Positions 44,123 to 57,220 of a stretch of 64,000 nucleotides of DNA are shown here, in pieces. Numbering within the stretch: position 1 is the first letter of the stretch; each line of letters begins with the position of its first letter. The stretch is from contig CAVUKA010000003.1 of assembly GCA_963741945.1 (NCBI GenBank), forward strand, positions 64,001 through 128,000. The letters are read 5' to 3'. Made by a program: the position numbers and the translations under genes. Origin of the DNA: an uncultured Gemmatimonadales bacterium (lineage in GTDB: Bacteria; Gemmatimonadota; Gemmatimonadetes; Longimicrobiales; RSA9). Under the pieces are notes generated by a model. The model did no database searches. It saw only the letters and a program-made list of their open reading frames with translations, and was not told the DNA's origin.

Positions 44123-44743
44123 ATGCGACAGCTCTCCGCAGTAGCCCTTCTCACCCTGTTCTCCGTTGCCGCGTGCGGCGGCGACAACAACCAGGAGGGC
44201 GAGGCCATGACGGCGGACACGGCCATGACGGAAACCGCACAGCCGGGCCAGGCCGCCATGGATACGGCGCCCGCTTTCGTGGCCACGATCCAGAGCGCGC
44301 AGGACACGGGCCACGTGACCGGCACGGTCCGCGTCTATGCTGAAGGGAGCGCCGCCATGCAGGCCGACACCGAAAACGGGGGCGGCGCCGGCACGGCTCC
44401 CTCCGCCGGCAATGGATTCCGCCTCGTGGTGAGCGTGAACGGGCTGTCGCAGGGGGAGCACGCGTGGCACATCCACTCCGGGCCGTGCGGACAGCCAGCC
44501 CCCGTGGACGTGGCGATCACGACCACTGCAGACCAGCAGGGGATCGGGCAGCCGCTGACGGCGGACCAGAGCGGGAATGCCATGGGCAGCGTGACGGTGC
44601 CCGCGTCTCGGCTCACGTTCGATCAGCTGCAGGGCGGCCAGTACAGCCTTCACATCCACCAGCAGGGCGGCGTGGACCACGGCCCCACGGTGGCGTGTGC
44701 CGACCTGAGCGAGACCGGCAGCGGCATGACCACCGGGAGCTGA
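44123..44743 (+). CDS. Lipoprotein with Cu/Zn superoxide dismutase-like fold
   Basis: Lipobox VAA-C; GLSQGEHAWHIHSGPC, LTADQSGNA, SLHIH, VACADL. Confidence 0.75.
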   Translation: MRQLSAVALLTLFSVAACGGDNNQEGEAMTADTAMTETAQPGQAAMDTAPAFVATIQSAQDTGHVTGTVRVYAEGSAAMQADTENGGGAGTAPSAGNGFRLVVSVNGLSQGEHAWHIHSGPCGQPAPVDVAITTTADQQGIGQPLTADQSGNAMGSVTVPASRLTFDQLQGGQYSLHIHQQGGVDHGPTVACADLSETGSGMTTGS

Positions 44744-44889
44744 GCGCCCGGCCGGGCTGAAGCCGGAAGACACGACCGTACGGAGCCGGTCCCCGGGAGC
44801 CTCTGGACCCCCCGGGGCGGCTCCGCGCGGAGTGCCCTTGCCGGGAGCGATATACTGGGAGGCGTACACGAGCCTTCCCGGAGACCGAG

Positions 44890-45336
44890 ATGCCAGACCA
44901 GACCACTCGCAAGGCCGTGGTCATGTGCCAGTTCTGCCTGACCATGAACCGCGTCGACCTCGATCGTGCGGCGGATCACCCGAAGTGCGGCCATTGTGGC
45001 AAGCCCATCCTCCTGGACCGCCCCGTCCGGGTCACCGACCAGTCGATGGAGAAGACCATCAAGGGCACGGACGTCCCCGTGGTGGTCGATTTCTACGCCG
45101 ACTGGTGCCAGCCGTGCAAGATGATGGCGCCCATGCTCGACCAGCTGGCCAAAGACCGCCAGGGGCAGGTCCTGGTGGCCAAGCTGGACACGGACTCCAA
45201 CCCCACCATGGCCGTCCACTACGGCATCCGCGGCATCCCCACCCTCATCGTCTTCCGGGAAGGCCGCGAGTGGCGACGCCAGACCGGAGTGGTGCCGCCG
45301 CAGCGCCTTGCCGAGATCCTGGACGAGGAGCCCTGA
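44890..45336 (+). CDS. trxC: Thioredoxin 2 with N-terminal zinc finger
   Basis: CQFC...CGHC; VDFYADWCQPC; IRGIPTL. Confidence 0.92.
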   Translation: MPDQTTRKAVVMCQFCLTMNRVDLDRAADHPKCGHCGKPILLDRPVRVTDQSMEKTIKGTDVPVVVDFYADWCQPCKMMAPMLDQLAKDRQGQVLVAKLDTDSNPTMAVHYGIRGIPTLIVFREGREWRRQTGVVPPQRLAEILDEEP

Positions 45337-45449
45337 CCGCTCCGGCCAGCCCGCTCCCAGATGGCAGGACGCTGCCGGTCCCCGGGCGGAGGACCGACAG
45401 CGCGAAGTGGTAGGATTTGTGACGACCGCTAGTGCAACAACCGGGCCGC

Positions 45450-48011
45450 TCAGCGCAGGCCGAGGCCTTTCAGCATCGCGATCGTGATGGACTGCCGCAC
45501 GTCGTCATAGCCGGCCCACGGATCCCCTCCCTCTGCGAGTCGCTCCGGGACATCGCGGATGGTGTGGACTGGTGGCTTCGTGGCGTCCGTGTCCACTTCC
45601 TCCCACGACAGCGGCACCGCCACGGGCGCCCCCGGCCGTGCGCGTGTGGAGAATTCGCCGATGGCGGTGGCGTTGTACGCGTTGCGCAGGTAGTCGATGA
45701 AGATCCGGCCGCTGCGACGGCTTTTCGTCATCTTGGTGGTGAACCCGTCCGGGTCCGCGGCCACCAGCCGCTCCGCAACGGCCTGGGTGAACGCCCGGGC
45801 CTCGTCGAAGTCGGAGCGCCGGGTCACGGGCACCACCACGTGCAGCCCTTTCCCGCCCGTGCTCTTGGGGAAGCTCTCGAGCCCCAGCTCCGCCAGCATC
45901 TCCCGCAGCTGCAGCGCCGCACTGGCCACGCGCCCGAACGGGAGCGCCTCGTCCGGGTCGAGGTCGAACACCAGCCGGTCGGGGCGATCCAGCCGGTCCC
46001 GGCGCGAGCCCCAGACGTGGAACTCCAGCACGCCCAGCTGCACGAGCGCCACCAGTGATGGCAGACCGTTCACGTACATGTACACCCCTGTCCCGCCCTT
46101 CTCCTCCACCGGCACCCGCGGCACCACGTCGGGGATGGTGTCCTGCGCATGCTTCTGAAAGAAGCACTTCGACTCCGTCCCGGACGGGCAGCGCACCAGC
46201 GTGAGCGGCCGGTCGCGCAGTGCCGGCACGATGGCATCCGCCACCGCCTCGTAGTAGGCGACGAGCTCCCCTTTCGTCACTCCCTGCTCCGGCCACAGCA
46301 CCTTGTCCGGGCTCGTGATCCTGACCCCCGCAACGCGCTCGCGACCAGCGGTCGTGCCGCCCGCCACCCTCCCGGACCGCGTCGGCTTCGCGGTGCGTCC
46401 GCCCCGCGCCCCGCTCTCGCGCACCACGTCGCGGGCGGCCTTGTCCTCCCGCAGCCCCTGGAACGACGGGTGTCTCACTTTGCCATCCTCCGTCCATTCG
46501 GTGAATTCGATCTCCGCTACCAGCTCCGCCCGCACCCAGTGCACGCCCCGGGCTTCGGCGCCCCGCGGCGGCGACTGCACGGGCGGCGTTTTGCGCTCCA
46601 TGCCCGACAGCCGCGCCTTCAGCCGCTTCAGCGTGCGGTTGTCGAACCCCGTCCCGACTTTCCCCGCGTAGACCAGCGCACCTTCTCGGTCGTGTACACC
46701 CAGGAGCAACGCGCCAATGCCCACACGGGAGCCGGACGGCTCCGTGTAGCCCACCACGACCAGCTCCTGGCGCGCCGTGCACTTGGTCTTCAGCCAGTCC
46801 TTGTTGCGGCCGGGGCGGTAGGGCGCGCCCATGCGCTTCGAAACGATCCCCTCGAGGCCCATGCCGCACGCGCGCTCGAAGAACGCGGTGCCGCGGCCCC
46901 GGACATCGTCGCTGTAGCGGACGCGATCGTCGCCCAGGGTGCCCACCCGCTGCCGCAGCAGCGCCTTCCGCTCCTCGATGGGCGCGCCCGTGATGTCGCG
47001 GCCGTCCAGGTGCAGCAGGTCGAACGCGAACAGCACCAGCTCCCCCGCCCGCGCGCCGCTCAGCGAGTTCTGGAGCTTCTGGAAGCTGGACACGCCGCTG
47101 CGATCCAGCACCACCACTTCCCCGTCCACCAGCGCGTCCTCGACGGGGAGCGCGGCCACGGCCGCCGCCACGCCGCCGAAGCGGTCCGTCCAGTCCTTGC
47201 CGTTGCGCGTGATCACCCGCGCTTCGCCGCCCTCCACGCGGCACAGCACGCGGTAACCGTCGAACTTGATCTCGTGCAGCCAGTCCCCGCCCTCGGGCGC
47301 CTCGCCCACCAGCGTCGCCAGCTGCGGCTTCACCCGCGCCGGGAGCTTCGCGTTCCGCTCCACCGTGACCCCGGGCCCTTTTGCCATTGAGGGCGACCTC
47401 GCGTTCGAGCTCGCGTTCGAGTCCCATACCCGGTCCTGTGCGCGGGCGATTGCGTCCAGGTCCCGCCCGGTCTGGACGCTCCGCGGCGCCTCGTCGGTGA
47501 TGTCCGATTCGTCCTCGTCGCGGGCGGCGGCGTCGCCCGCCTTGATGAGCAGCCAGCTGTCCTTCTTCTCCCCCGGCCGCCGCTTCATGCGCGTCAGGAT
47601 CCACTCGCCGGCGAGCTTCTCCCCGTCCAGGCGGAAGCGCAGCCGCCCCTTGCGGTAGTCCTTCGCCGCGTCGCCCAGCGGCGTCCACGTGCCGCGATCC
47701 CACAGCATGACCGTGCCGCCGCCGTACTGCCCCTCCGGGATCACGCCCTCGAAGTCGCCGTAGTCCATGGGGTGATCCTCGGTCTGCATGGCCAGGCGCC
47801 GCACGCCGGGCTTCATGCTCGGCCCCTTCGGGACCGCCCAGCTCTTCAGCACGCCGTCAAGCTCCAGGCGGAAGTCGTAGTGGAGGTGCGACGCATCGTG
47901 CTTCTGGATCACGTACTCCAGCGGCTTCTTCGCCTTGCGATAGCCCACGCGGCCGGACGGCTCGGGCGTGCGCTTGAAGTTCCGCTTCTTCCGGTATTCC
48001 TCGAGTGCCAT
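45450..48011 (-). CDS. ligD: NHEJ DNA ligase D (phosphoesterase-ligase-polymerase)
   Basis: PE: QKHDASHLHYDFRLE; ligase: EIKFDGYR, LEGIVSK, WLKTK; POL: DRLVFDLDP, STGGKGLH, IFIDYLRN. Confidence 0.97.
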   Translation of the reverse strand: MALEEYRKKRNFKRTPEPSGRVGYRKAKKPLEYVIQKHDASHLHYDFRLELDGVLKSWAVPKGPSMKPGVRRLAMQTEDHPMDYGDFEGVIPEGQYGGGTVMLWDRGTWTPLGDAAKDYRKGRLRFRLDGEKLAGEWILTRMKRRPGEKKDSWLLIKAGDAAARDEDESDITDEAPRSVQTGRDLDAIARAQDRVWDSNASSNARSPSMAKGPGVTVERNAKLPARVKPQLATLVGEAPEGGDWLHEIKFDGYRVLCRVEGGEARVITRNGKDWTDRFGGVAAAVAALPVEDALVDGEVVVLDRSGVSSFQKLQNSLSGARAGELVLFAFDLLHLDGRDITGAPIEERKALLRQRVGTLGDDRVRYSDDVRGRGTAFFERACGMGLEGIVSKRMGAPYRPGRNKDWLKTKCTARQELVVVGYTEPSGSRVGIGALLLGVHDREGALVYAGKVGTGFDNRTLKRLKARLSGMERKTPPVQSPPRGAEARGVHWVRAELVAEIEFTEWTEDGKVRHPSFQGLREDKAARDVVRESGARGGRTAKPTRSGRVAGGTTAGRERVAGVRITSPDKVLWPEQGVTKGELVAYYEAVADAIVPALRDRPLTLVRCPSGTESKCFFQKHAQDTIPDVVPRVPVEEKGGTGVYMYVNGLPSLVALVQLGVLEFHVWGSRRDRLDRPDRLVFDLDPDEALPFGRVASAALQLREMLAELGLESFPKSTGGKGLHVVVPVTRRSDFDEARAFTQAVAERLVAADPDGFTTKMTKSRRSGRIFIDYLRNAYNATAIGEFSTRARPGAPVAVPLSWEEVDTDATKPPVHTIRDVPERLAEGGDPWAGYDDVRQSITIAMLKGLGLR

Positions 48012-48024
48012 CGCGCCCTCCCCT

Positions 48025-48984
48025 TCAACTCCGCTGCGCTGCGTCCCGCAGGTATCGCCCCAGGTCCGCGCGCCCCTTCTTCGGCCACGCCAGCGGCCGC
48101 CACAGGTCGCCCAGGCGCCGTACCCGCTCCGGCACGTTCTCGAGCGTGAAGTCCCCGATTTCCACGCCGTCCTCCACTTCCTCCCACATCACCGGTGTGG
48201 ACACGGTCGCTTCGGGTGTGGGGCGCACGGAGTAGACGCTCGCCAGCGTGCGTCCCCACGCGTTCTGGTTGTAATCCACGAGCACGCGACCGCGGGGTCG
48301 ATTGCTGATCCGGTACTCGGCCGTGACCAGCGACGGGTCCCGCTTCTCGAGGAGTCGCGCGAACGTTTTCGCGAAGCGCCACACGTCCTTCTGCACGGGA
48401 CCACGCACGATGGGGACGTACACGTGGATCCCTTTCGACCCCGTGGTCTTGGCATGGCTCGGCAGGTCCAGCTCCGCCAGCGCATCGCGCACCATGAGCG
48501 CCGTGCGGCGCACCGCGTCGAAGCCGGCGGGCGGGACGGGGTCGAGGTCGAAGTGGAGGAAGTCGGGGCGATTGATGTCCTCGCACCTGGAGTACCACGG
48601 ATTCAGGTCGATGCAGCCGAGGTTCACCAGCCAGAGGAGCCCCGGCACGTGGTGGATGACGGGGAAGTCGATCACGCTCCCGGAGCCGTGCTCGATGCTG
48701 CACGTCTCCAGCCACTCCGGCGCGCCGGCCGGCGTCCGCTTCATGAAGAAGTGCTTCCCTCTCCACCCGTTCGGGAAGCGCTTCATCACCATGGCGCGCC
48801 CCTCCACGTGCGGCAGGAGCGCTTCCGCCACGTCCACGTAGTACTGCAGCAGGTCCCGCTTGCTGAGTCCGCGCCGGGGCCAGAACGGCTTGCGCAGGTT
48901 GCTCAGACGCAGCTCGCGGCCGGCGAACCGGAGCGTCGCCGTGTCGCGGTCGCGCGGGATCTCGAGTCCGTTCGACTCGCCCAT
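48025..48984 (-). CDS. Stand-alone LigD polymerase (AEP primase-polymerase) domain protein
   Basis: LSNLRKPFWP, KRFPNG, FFMKR, FDLDP, KTTGSKGIH, VLVDYNQN, SVYSVRP. Confidence 0.93.
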   Translation of the reverse strand: MGESNGLEIPRDRDTATLRFAGRELRLSNLRKPFWPRRGLSKRDLLQYYVDVAEALLPHVEGRAMVMKRFPNGWRGKHFFMKRTPAGAPEWLETCSIEHGSGSVIDFPVIHHVPGLLWLVNLGCIDLNPWYSRCEDINRPDFLHFDLDPVPPAGFDAVRRTALMVRDALAELDLPSHAKTTGSKGIHVYVPIVRGPVQKDVWRFAKTFARLLEKRDPSLVTAEYRISNRPRGRVLVDYNQNAWGRTLASVYSVRPTPEATVSTPVMWEEVEDGVEIGDFTLENVPERVRRLGDLWRPLAWPKKGRADLGRYLRDAAQRS

Positions 48985-49052
48985 TGCCCCTCCCGATCGG
49001 TGAGTCCCCCCACACCGAGGAGCAAGGATCCGACCACCGGCGCCCGCGCCAC

Positions 49053-49068
49053 TGGCACCGGTTGTGCC
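49053..49068. promoter_or_regulatory. Candidate sigma54 box readable on both strands
   Basis: Plus TGGCAC-CGGTT-GTGC; minus GGCAC-AACCG-GTGC; both GG-N10-GC; lies between divergent genes. Confidence 0.5.
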
Positions 49069-49121
49069 CGGGATCGGGTCCGGAAGCACCCTGAGCCACC
49101 GGAACCGGAACCCCGACAGCC

Positions 49122-49295
49122 ATGAGACGCTATTTCTGGCCCATCATCATCGCCGTCCTGGTCTTCGCCGTGGGAGGCGTGCTCGGGATCGTGGGCGGCG
49201 CCCTCTTCCTACCGCTGATTGGCTTCCTGGTGATGGTGGGCATCCTCGTTTGGCTCTTCGCCCGCAAGGCCGAGCACAAGCCGCCCATGGAGTGA
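49122..49295 (+). CDS. Small two-TM membrane protein (57 aa), absent from ORF track
   Basis: MRRYFWPIIIAVLVFAVGGVLGIVGGALFLPLIGFLVMVGILVWLFARKAEHKPPME; GC3-rich codons. Confidence 0.7.
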   Translation: MRRYFWPIIIAVLVFAVGGVLGIVGGALFLPLIGFLVMVGILVWLFARKAEHKPPME

Positions 49296-50249
49296 GCCGA
49301 CGCCGGGCGTGGTCGCCGCCACCAGCGCGACCAGCGTGACCCACAGCGCCGACGTCATGGCCACGTACGCTACCGCCGCCCCGACGCCGAACGTGCGGCC
49401 ACCCAGCCACACGCTCACCACCGCCAGCCCGACCACCAGCAGCGCCGGCAGCGTGGCCAGCGACGCGAGACCGGGCCGCACGGGCCGCGCTGCACGGACC
49501 ACCACCGGCAGCGCCAGCATCCCGGCCGCGCTCGCCGCCGCCAGCCCGTAGCGCTCCAGCGCCAGCCAGCTCCTCCCGGCCGCGTCCAGGGACGCGGCAT
49601 CCAGCAGCGGCCAGCCGAGACAGCGCACGATGGACCCCGGCTCCGCGGCCACGATCCCACCCACCAGGACCAGCAGCGCCCCTGCGGCCACCGCCCGCGC
49701 CAGTCCGCGCACCGCCGTGGGCGCGTCCGCGCTTTTCACCCCAGGCACCCCAGGCATCCCCGGCTCGGCTCCAGTCGCCATGGCAGCGCCACCCTGCCGC
49801 GCCACGGCCGCAACGGCGGCGGCCACGACCAGGGCGAGGGCGAGCAGCGCGGACGTGAGGTCGACCACCGCCAGCCAGCGCGGGATTCCCGTCACCACGG
49901 TCAGCGCGCCGAGCGCGGCCACGACGGCGAACAGCGCCAGGGCGAGAGCGGGCGCGCGACTGACCCACCACCCCGCGCGCCGACGCCATCCCAGCACGGC
50001 CGCGGCAAGGACCAGCGGCGCCGCCAGGAGCACGCTCACACGATGGGTCCATTCAATGATGGATGCGGCTTCCGCCGGCGGCACGACACTGCCGAAGCAG
50101 CCGGGCCAGTCGGGGCACCCGTACGTGGAGCCGGTGAAGCACACCACGCCGCCCATGGTGACCAGAAGCCACGTGGCGGCCGCGGCGGTGAGCAGCAGGT
50201 TGCGATGTCCCGCAGATACGCGCGGCGTCGTCGGGTTGGTTGCGTGCAC
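49209..50249 (-). CDS. ctaA: COX15/CtaA heme A synthase-like membrane protein (divergent)
   Basis: GGVV..TGS..GCPDWPGCFG, IEWTHR, second-half GGIV...CLGWP; divergent from act/cox operon. Confidence 0.75.
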   Translation of the reverse strand: MHATNPTTPRVSAGHRNLLLTAAAATWLLVTMGGVVCFTGSTYGCPDWPGCFGSVVPPAEAASIIEWTHRVSVLLAAPLVLAAAVLGWRRRAGWWVSRAPALALALFAVVAALGALTVVTGIPRWLAVVDLTSALLALALVVAAAVAAVARQGGAAMATGAEPGMPGVPGVKSADAPTAVRGLARAVAAGALLVLVGGIVAAEPGSIVRCLGWPLLDAASLDAAGRSWLALERYGLAAASAAGMLALPVVVRAARPVRPGLASLATLPALLVVGLAVVSVWLGGRTFGVGAAVAYVAMTSALWVTLVALVAATTPGVGSLHGRLVLGLAGEEPNEDAHHHQEANQR

Positions 50250-50465
50250 GGCACGATTCCATCAGGGGCCGCGCGCCGGATCGCGGCCGGGAGCGACCAC
50301 GCTCGCGGCAGGGGCGCAGACAACCGTACATGCCGGCGGCGGACGCCGCAATCCGGTTCGTTGATTGTCTCAGATGCATGAAGCTTGCATGGCCGGCCGC
50401 CCGTCCCCGAAGTGCGCTTCATCAGCCGACAGTCGAAGGAAGAGGACGGACGGAAACGGAGACGA

Positions 50466-51112
50466 ATGCCGGCACCTTTTCCCAGTTGGTCCAATCAGGC
50501 GTTCCGGCTCGCGATCGCGGGCGCGGTGGTGCTGGTGCTGGTGTTGCCTCTCCTGCTGATGGCGTGGGTCCGCTCGCCCTGGAACACGGGCGAGCAACGC
50601 TCCCTCGAGCAGCCGGTCCATTTCGACCACCGCCACCACGTCTCCGATGACGGAATCGACTGCCTCTACTGCCACGACCTGGCCGACCAGTCCCGCTACG
50701 CCGGGATCCCGGGCGCCGGCAAGTGCATGAACTGCCACAACCAGATCTGGAACGAGAGCCCCGCCCTCGAGCCCGTGCGACAGAGCTACTTCCGCGGGAT
50801 CACCCTCGCCTGGAACCAGGTCTACGCCCTCCCGGACTTCGTCTATTTCGACCACTCCCAGCACGTGCTCAATGGCGTCGGCTGCGAAGAGTGTCACGGC
50901 CGCGTGGACCAGCAGCCGCGCATCGTGCAGGTCCCGCCCCTCACCATGTCCTGGTGCCTCGCGTGCCACCGCGACCCGGCCCCGCACCTCCGGCCCCTGG
51001 ACCAGGTCACCACCATGGGCTGGACGTTCCGCGGCGATCGCGATTCTCTCGCCGCCGCCCTCGCCGAGAAGTACGACGTCCGCCCCATGACGTCCTGCAC
51101 CACGTGCCACCG

Positions 51113-51116
<4 letters not shown>
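50466..51116 (+). CDS. actA: Alternative complex III pentaheme cytochrome ActA
   Basis: TM anchor, QPVHFDHRHH, five CxxCH (CLYCH, CMNCH, CEECH, CLACH, CTTCH), LPDFVYFDHSQH. Confidence 0.95.
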
Positions 51117-54474
<3,358 letters not shown>

Positions 54475-54475
<1 letters not shown>

Positions 54476-55854
54476 TGGACAACCAGCGTACGCCCACCCC
54501 CACCCTGGAGCGCTGGCCCGTGGTCGCGGGCCACCCCAGCTACGCCCACATCACCACGGAGATCCTGGAGCCGATCTGGAAGCGCAAGCCCACCAGCTGG
54601 CGCCTCTTCATGGCGTTCACGGGGCTGGGCGCCATGGGCTTCATGGGCGTGGTCACCTACACGATCGTCACCGGGATCGGGGTGTGGGGCAACAACATCC
54701 CGGCGGCGTGGGCGTTCGCCATCACCAACTTCGTCTGGTGGATCGGCCTCGGTCACGCGGGGACGTTCATTTCCGCGTTCCTCCTGCTGCTGGAGCAGAA
54801 GTGGCGCAGTTCGATCAACCGGACGGCCGAGGCCATGACGCTCTTCGCCATCGCCATGGCCGGGCTCTTCCCCATGCTCCACCTGGGGCGCGCCTGGTTC
54901 TTCTACTGGCTGATCCCCTACCCGGCCACCATGGGGACCTGGCCCCAGTTCCGTAGCTCGCTCCCCTACGACGCCGCCGCGATCTTCACATACTTCACCG
55001 TGTCCGTGCTGTTCTGGTACCTGGGCGTGGTCCCCGACTTCGCTTCCGCCCGCGACCGCGCGCCCAGCCGGCTCAAGGCGAGGATTTACGGCGCGCTCTC
55101 CCTCGGCTGGCGCGGCGCCGCCCGCGACTGGAAGCGCTACCGCATCGGCTACGGCCTCCTGGCCGGGCTCGCCACACCGCTGGTGATCTCCGTGCACTCC
55201 ATCGTGTCCATGGACTTCGCCATCGCGCAGCTCCCCGGCTGGCACAGCACCATCTTCCCGCCCTACTTCGTGGTCGGCGCCATCTACTCCGGCTTTGCCC
55301 TCGTCATCATGCTGCTCGTCCCCATCCGGCACCTGCTCGGCTGGAAGGACGTCATCACGAAGCGCCACCTGAACGTACTCGGCAAGATCCTGCTCGTGAC
55401 CGGCTCGCTCATGGGCTACTCCTACATCACCGAGACGTTCTCCGCCTGGTACTCCGGCGACATCTACGAGCGCTTCATCTACCTCTGGCACCGCCCCATC
55501 GGATGGCACTGGCTCTACTGGGCCATGATCTTCTGCAACGCCATCGTGCCGCACCTGTTCTGGAGTCGACGGATGCGCAACAGCTCCATCGCGCTCTTCC
55601 TCGGCTCGTTCCTGATCTTCATGGGGATGTGGATCGAGCGGCTGGTGCTCATCGTCAGCAGCCTCGACCGCGACTTCCTCCCCTCCAGCTGGCACGCCTA
55701 CTTCCCGACCTGGGTCGACTTCGCGCTGCTCTTCGGCTCCATATGCACCTTCGTCTTCCTCTTCATGGCGCTGCTGCGCTGGGTGCCCGGCGTGCCCATC
55801 CACGAGGTGAAGAAGCTGCGACGCGAACTGGAGCAGGAAGGAGCGCTGTCGTGA
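54475..55854 (+). CDS. actC: Alternative complex III quinol-oxidising subunit ActC (NrfD family)
   Basis: ITNFVWWIGLGHAGTFISA, SINRTAEAMT, HLGRAW, PLVISVHSIVS, PGWHSTIFPPYFV. Confidence 0.95.
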
Positions 55855-56504
55855 TCCCCGATGTCATGCGCATCCGGATCCTGGGCGAGTTCGATACGCC
55901 CGACGCGGTCGAGGCCGCCGTGGCCGCCCTCAAACACAAGGGCTACGTCGGCATCGAGGCGTTCACGCCATGGGACATGGAGAAAGTCACGGAGACGCTC
56001 GAGCTCCCGCGCGGCGAGATCCCGCTCTACACGCTGCTCTTCGGCATCCTCGGCGCGGTGCTCGGCTACGGGATCCAGTGGTGGACCAATGCCATTGACT
56101 TTCCCATCAACGTGGGCGGCCGGCCGCTGAATCCCATCCCGTCGTTCGTCATGATCACGTTCGAGACGACGGTCCTGTTCGCCGCGTTCGGCGCCTTCCT
56201 GGGGGTCCTGGCCAGCTCGCGCCTGCCGATGCTGTGGCAGCCCATTTTCGAGGTGCCGGGCTTCGAGCGCGCGACCGACGACCGCTTCTTCATCGGCATC
56301 GATGAGCAGGACCCGCTCTTCCGGTTCGAGAACACGCGGGAAGACCTGCTGAACGCGGGCGCCATCCGGGTGGAGCGCGTACCCGAGAAATGGGAGGTCG
56401 TTGAGCGGGAGAAGCGGGAGGCGAGGCTGCGGCAGCGGGGCGTCGCCGGGCCCTTGGCAGCACCCGAAGAGCGGGTGCCGCCGCCACCGGAGGAGCGGCC
56501 ATGA
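55851..56504 (+). CDS. actD: Alternative complex III ActD (DUF3341)
   Basis: GEFDTP, EAFTPW, INVGGRP, ITFETTVLFA, RATDDRFFI. Confidence 0.92.
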   Translation: MIPDVMRIRILGEFDTPDAVEAAVAALKHKGYVGIEAFTPWDMEKVTETLELPRGEIPLYTLLFGILGAVLGYGIQWWTNAIDFPINVGGRPLNPIPSFVMITFETTVLFAAFGAFLGVLASSRLPMLWQPIFEVPGFERATDDRFFIGIDEQDPLFRFENTREDLLNAGAIRVERVPEKWEVVEREKREARLRQRGVAGPLAAPEERVPPPPEERP

Positions 56505-57220
56505 CCCGGCGCGCCCTGCCGCTCCTGCTCCTGCTCCCCCTTCTCGCCGCCGGCGCGTGCCAGCGGGGCGGCGGGACCGTGTCCTGGGGCTGGGAGCGCA
56601 TGATCAACCAGCGCTCCCTCAGGGCCTACGAGCCGTCCGACCTGTTCGCCGACTCCATGGGCATGCGCATCCCGCCCGACGGGACCGTGCCCCGGAACGC
56701 GCCGATCGGCGCACGCGCCGTGCTCACCGGCCGGGTCGGGCGCGACACCACCGTGGCCGCATCCCGTGACACCGCCGCGCCCAGACAGCCCGGCCGACGG
56801 GAGGCCGCCGCCGTCCAGAAAATCCCGATTCCGCTCACCATCACGGACCTGGAACGCGGCCGGAACCGCTTCGACATCTACTGCGCGCCCTGCCACGGTG
56901 TGGACGGTCGCGCGCAGACGCCCGTGGCCTCGAACATGCCGCTGAAGAAGCCGGCCGACCTCCTCTCGGACATGGTCCGGACCGCGCCGGACGGTCACAT
57001 CTTTTCGGTGATGACCGAAGGCTGGGGCTTCATGCCATCCTACGCCGCCGACCTGAAGGTTCACGACCGATGGGCGGTGGTGGCCTACGTGCGCGCCCTC
57101 GAACTCGCGCAGGGCGCGCCACTGGATTCCCTGCCACAAGGGATCCGCGATGAATTCCACGCCGCCGTCCCCGCCGCCCGCGGCGGGGCCGCGCGCGACT
57201 CGGCGGGAGGGAGCCCATGA
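56501..57220 (+). CDS. actE: Alternative complex III monoheme cytochrome c lipoprotein ActE
   Basis: Lipobox AGA-C, MRIPPDGTVPR, ERGRNRFDIYCAPCHG, MPSYA, DRWAVVAYVRAL. Confidence 0.93.
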   Translation: MTRRALPLLLLLPLLAAGACQRGGGTVSWGWERMINQRSLRAYEPSDLFADSMGMRIPPDGTVPRNAPIGARAVLTGRVGRDTTVAASRDTAAPRQPGRREAAAVQKIPIPLTITDLERGRNRFDIYCAPCHGVDGRAQTPVASNMPLKKPADLLSDMVRTAPDGHIFSVMTEGWGFMPSYAADLKVHDRWAVVAYVRALELAQGAPLDSLPQGIRDEFHAAVPAARGGAARDSAGGSP

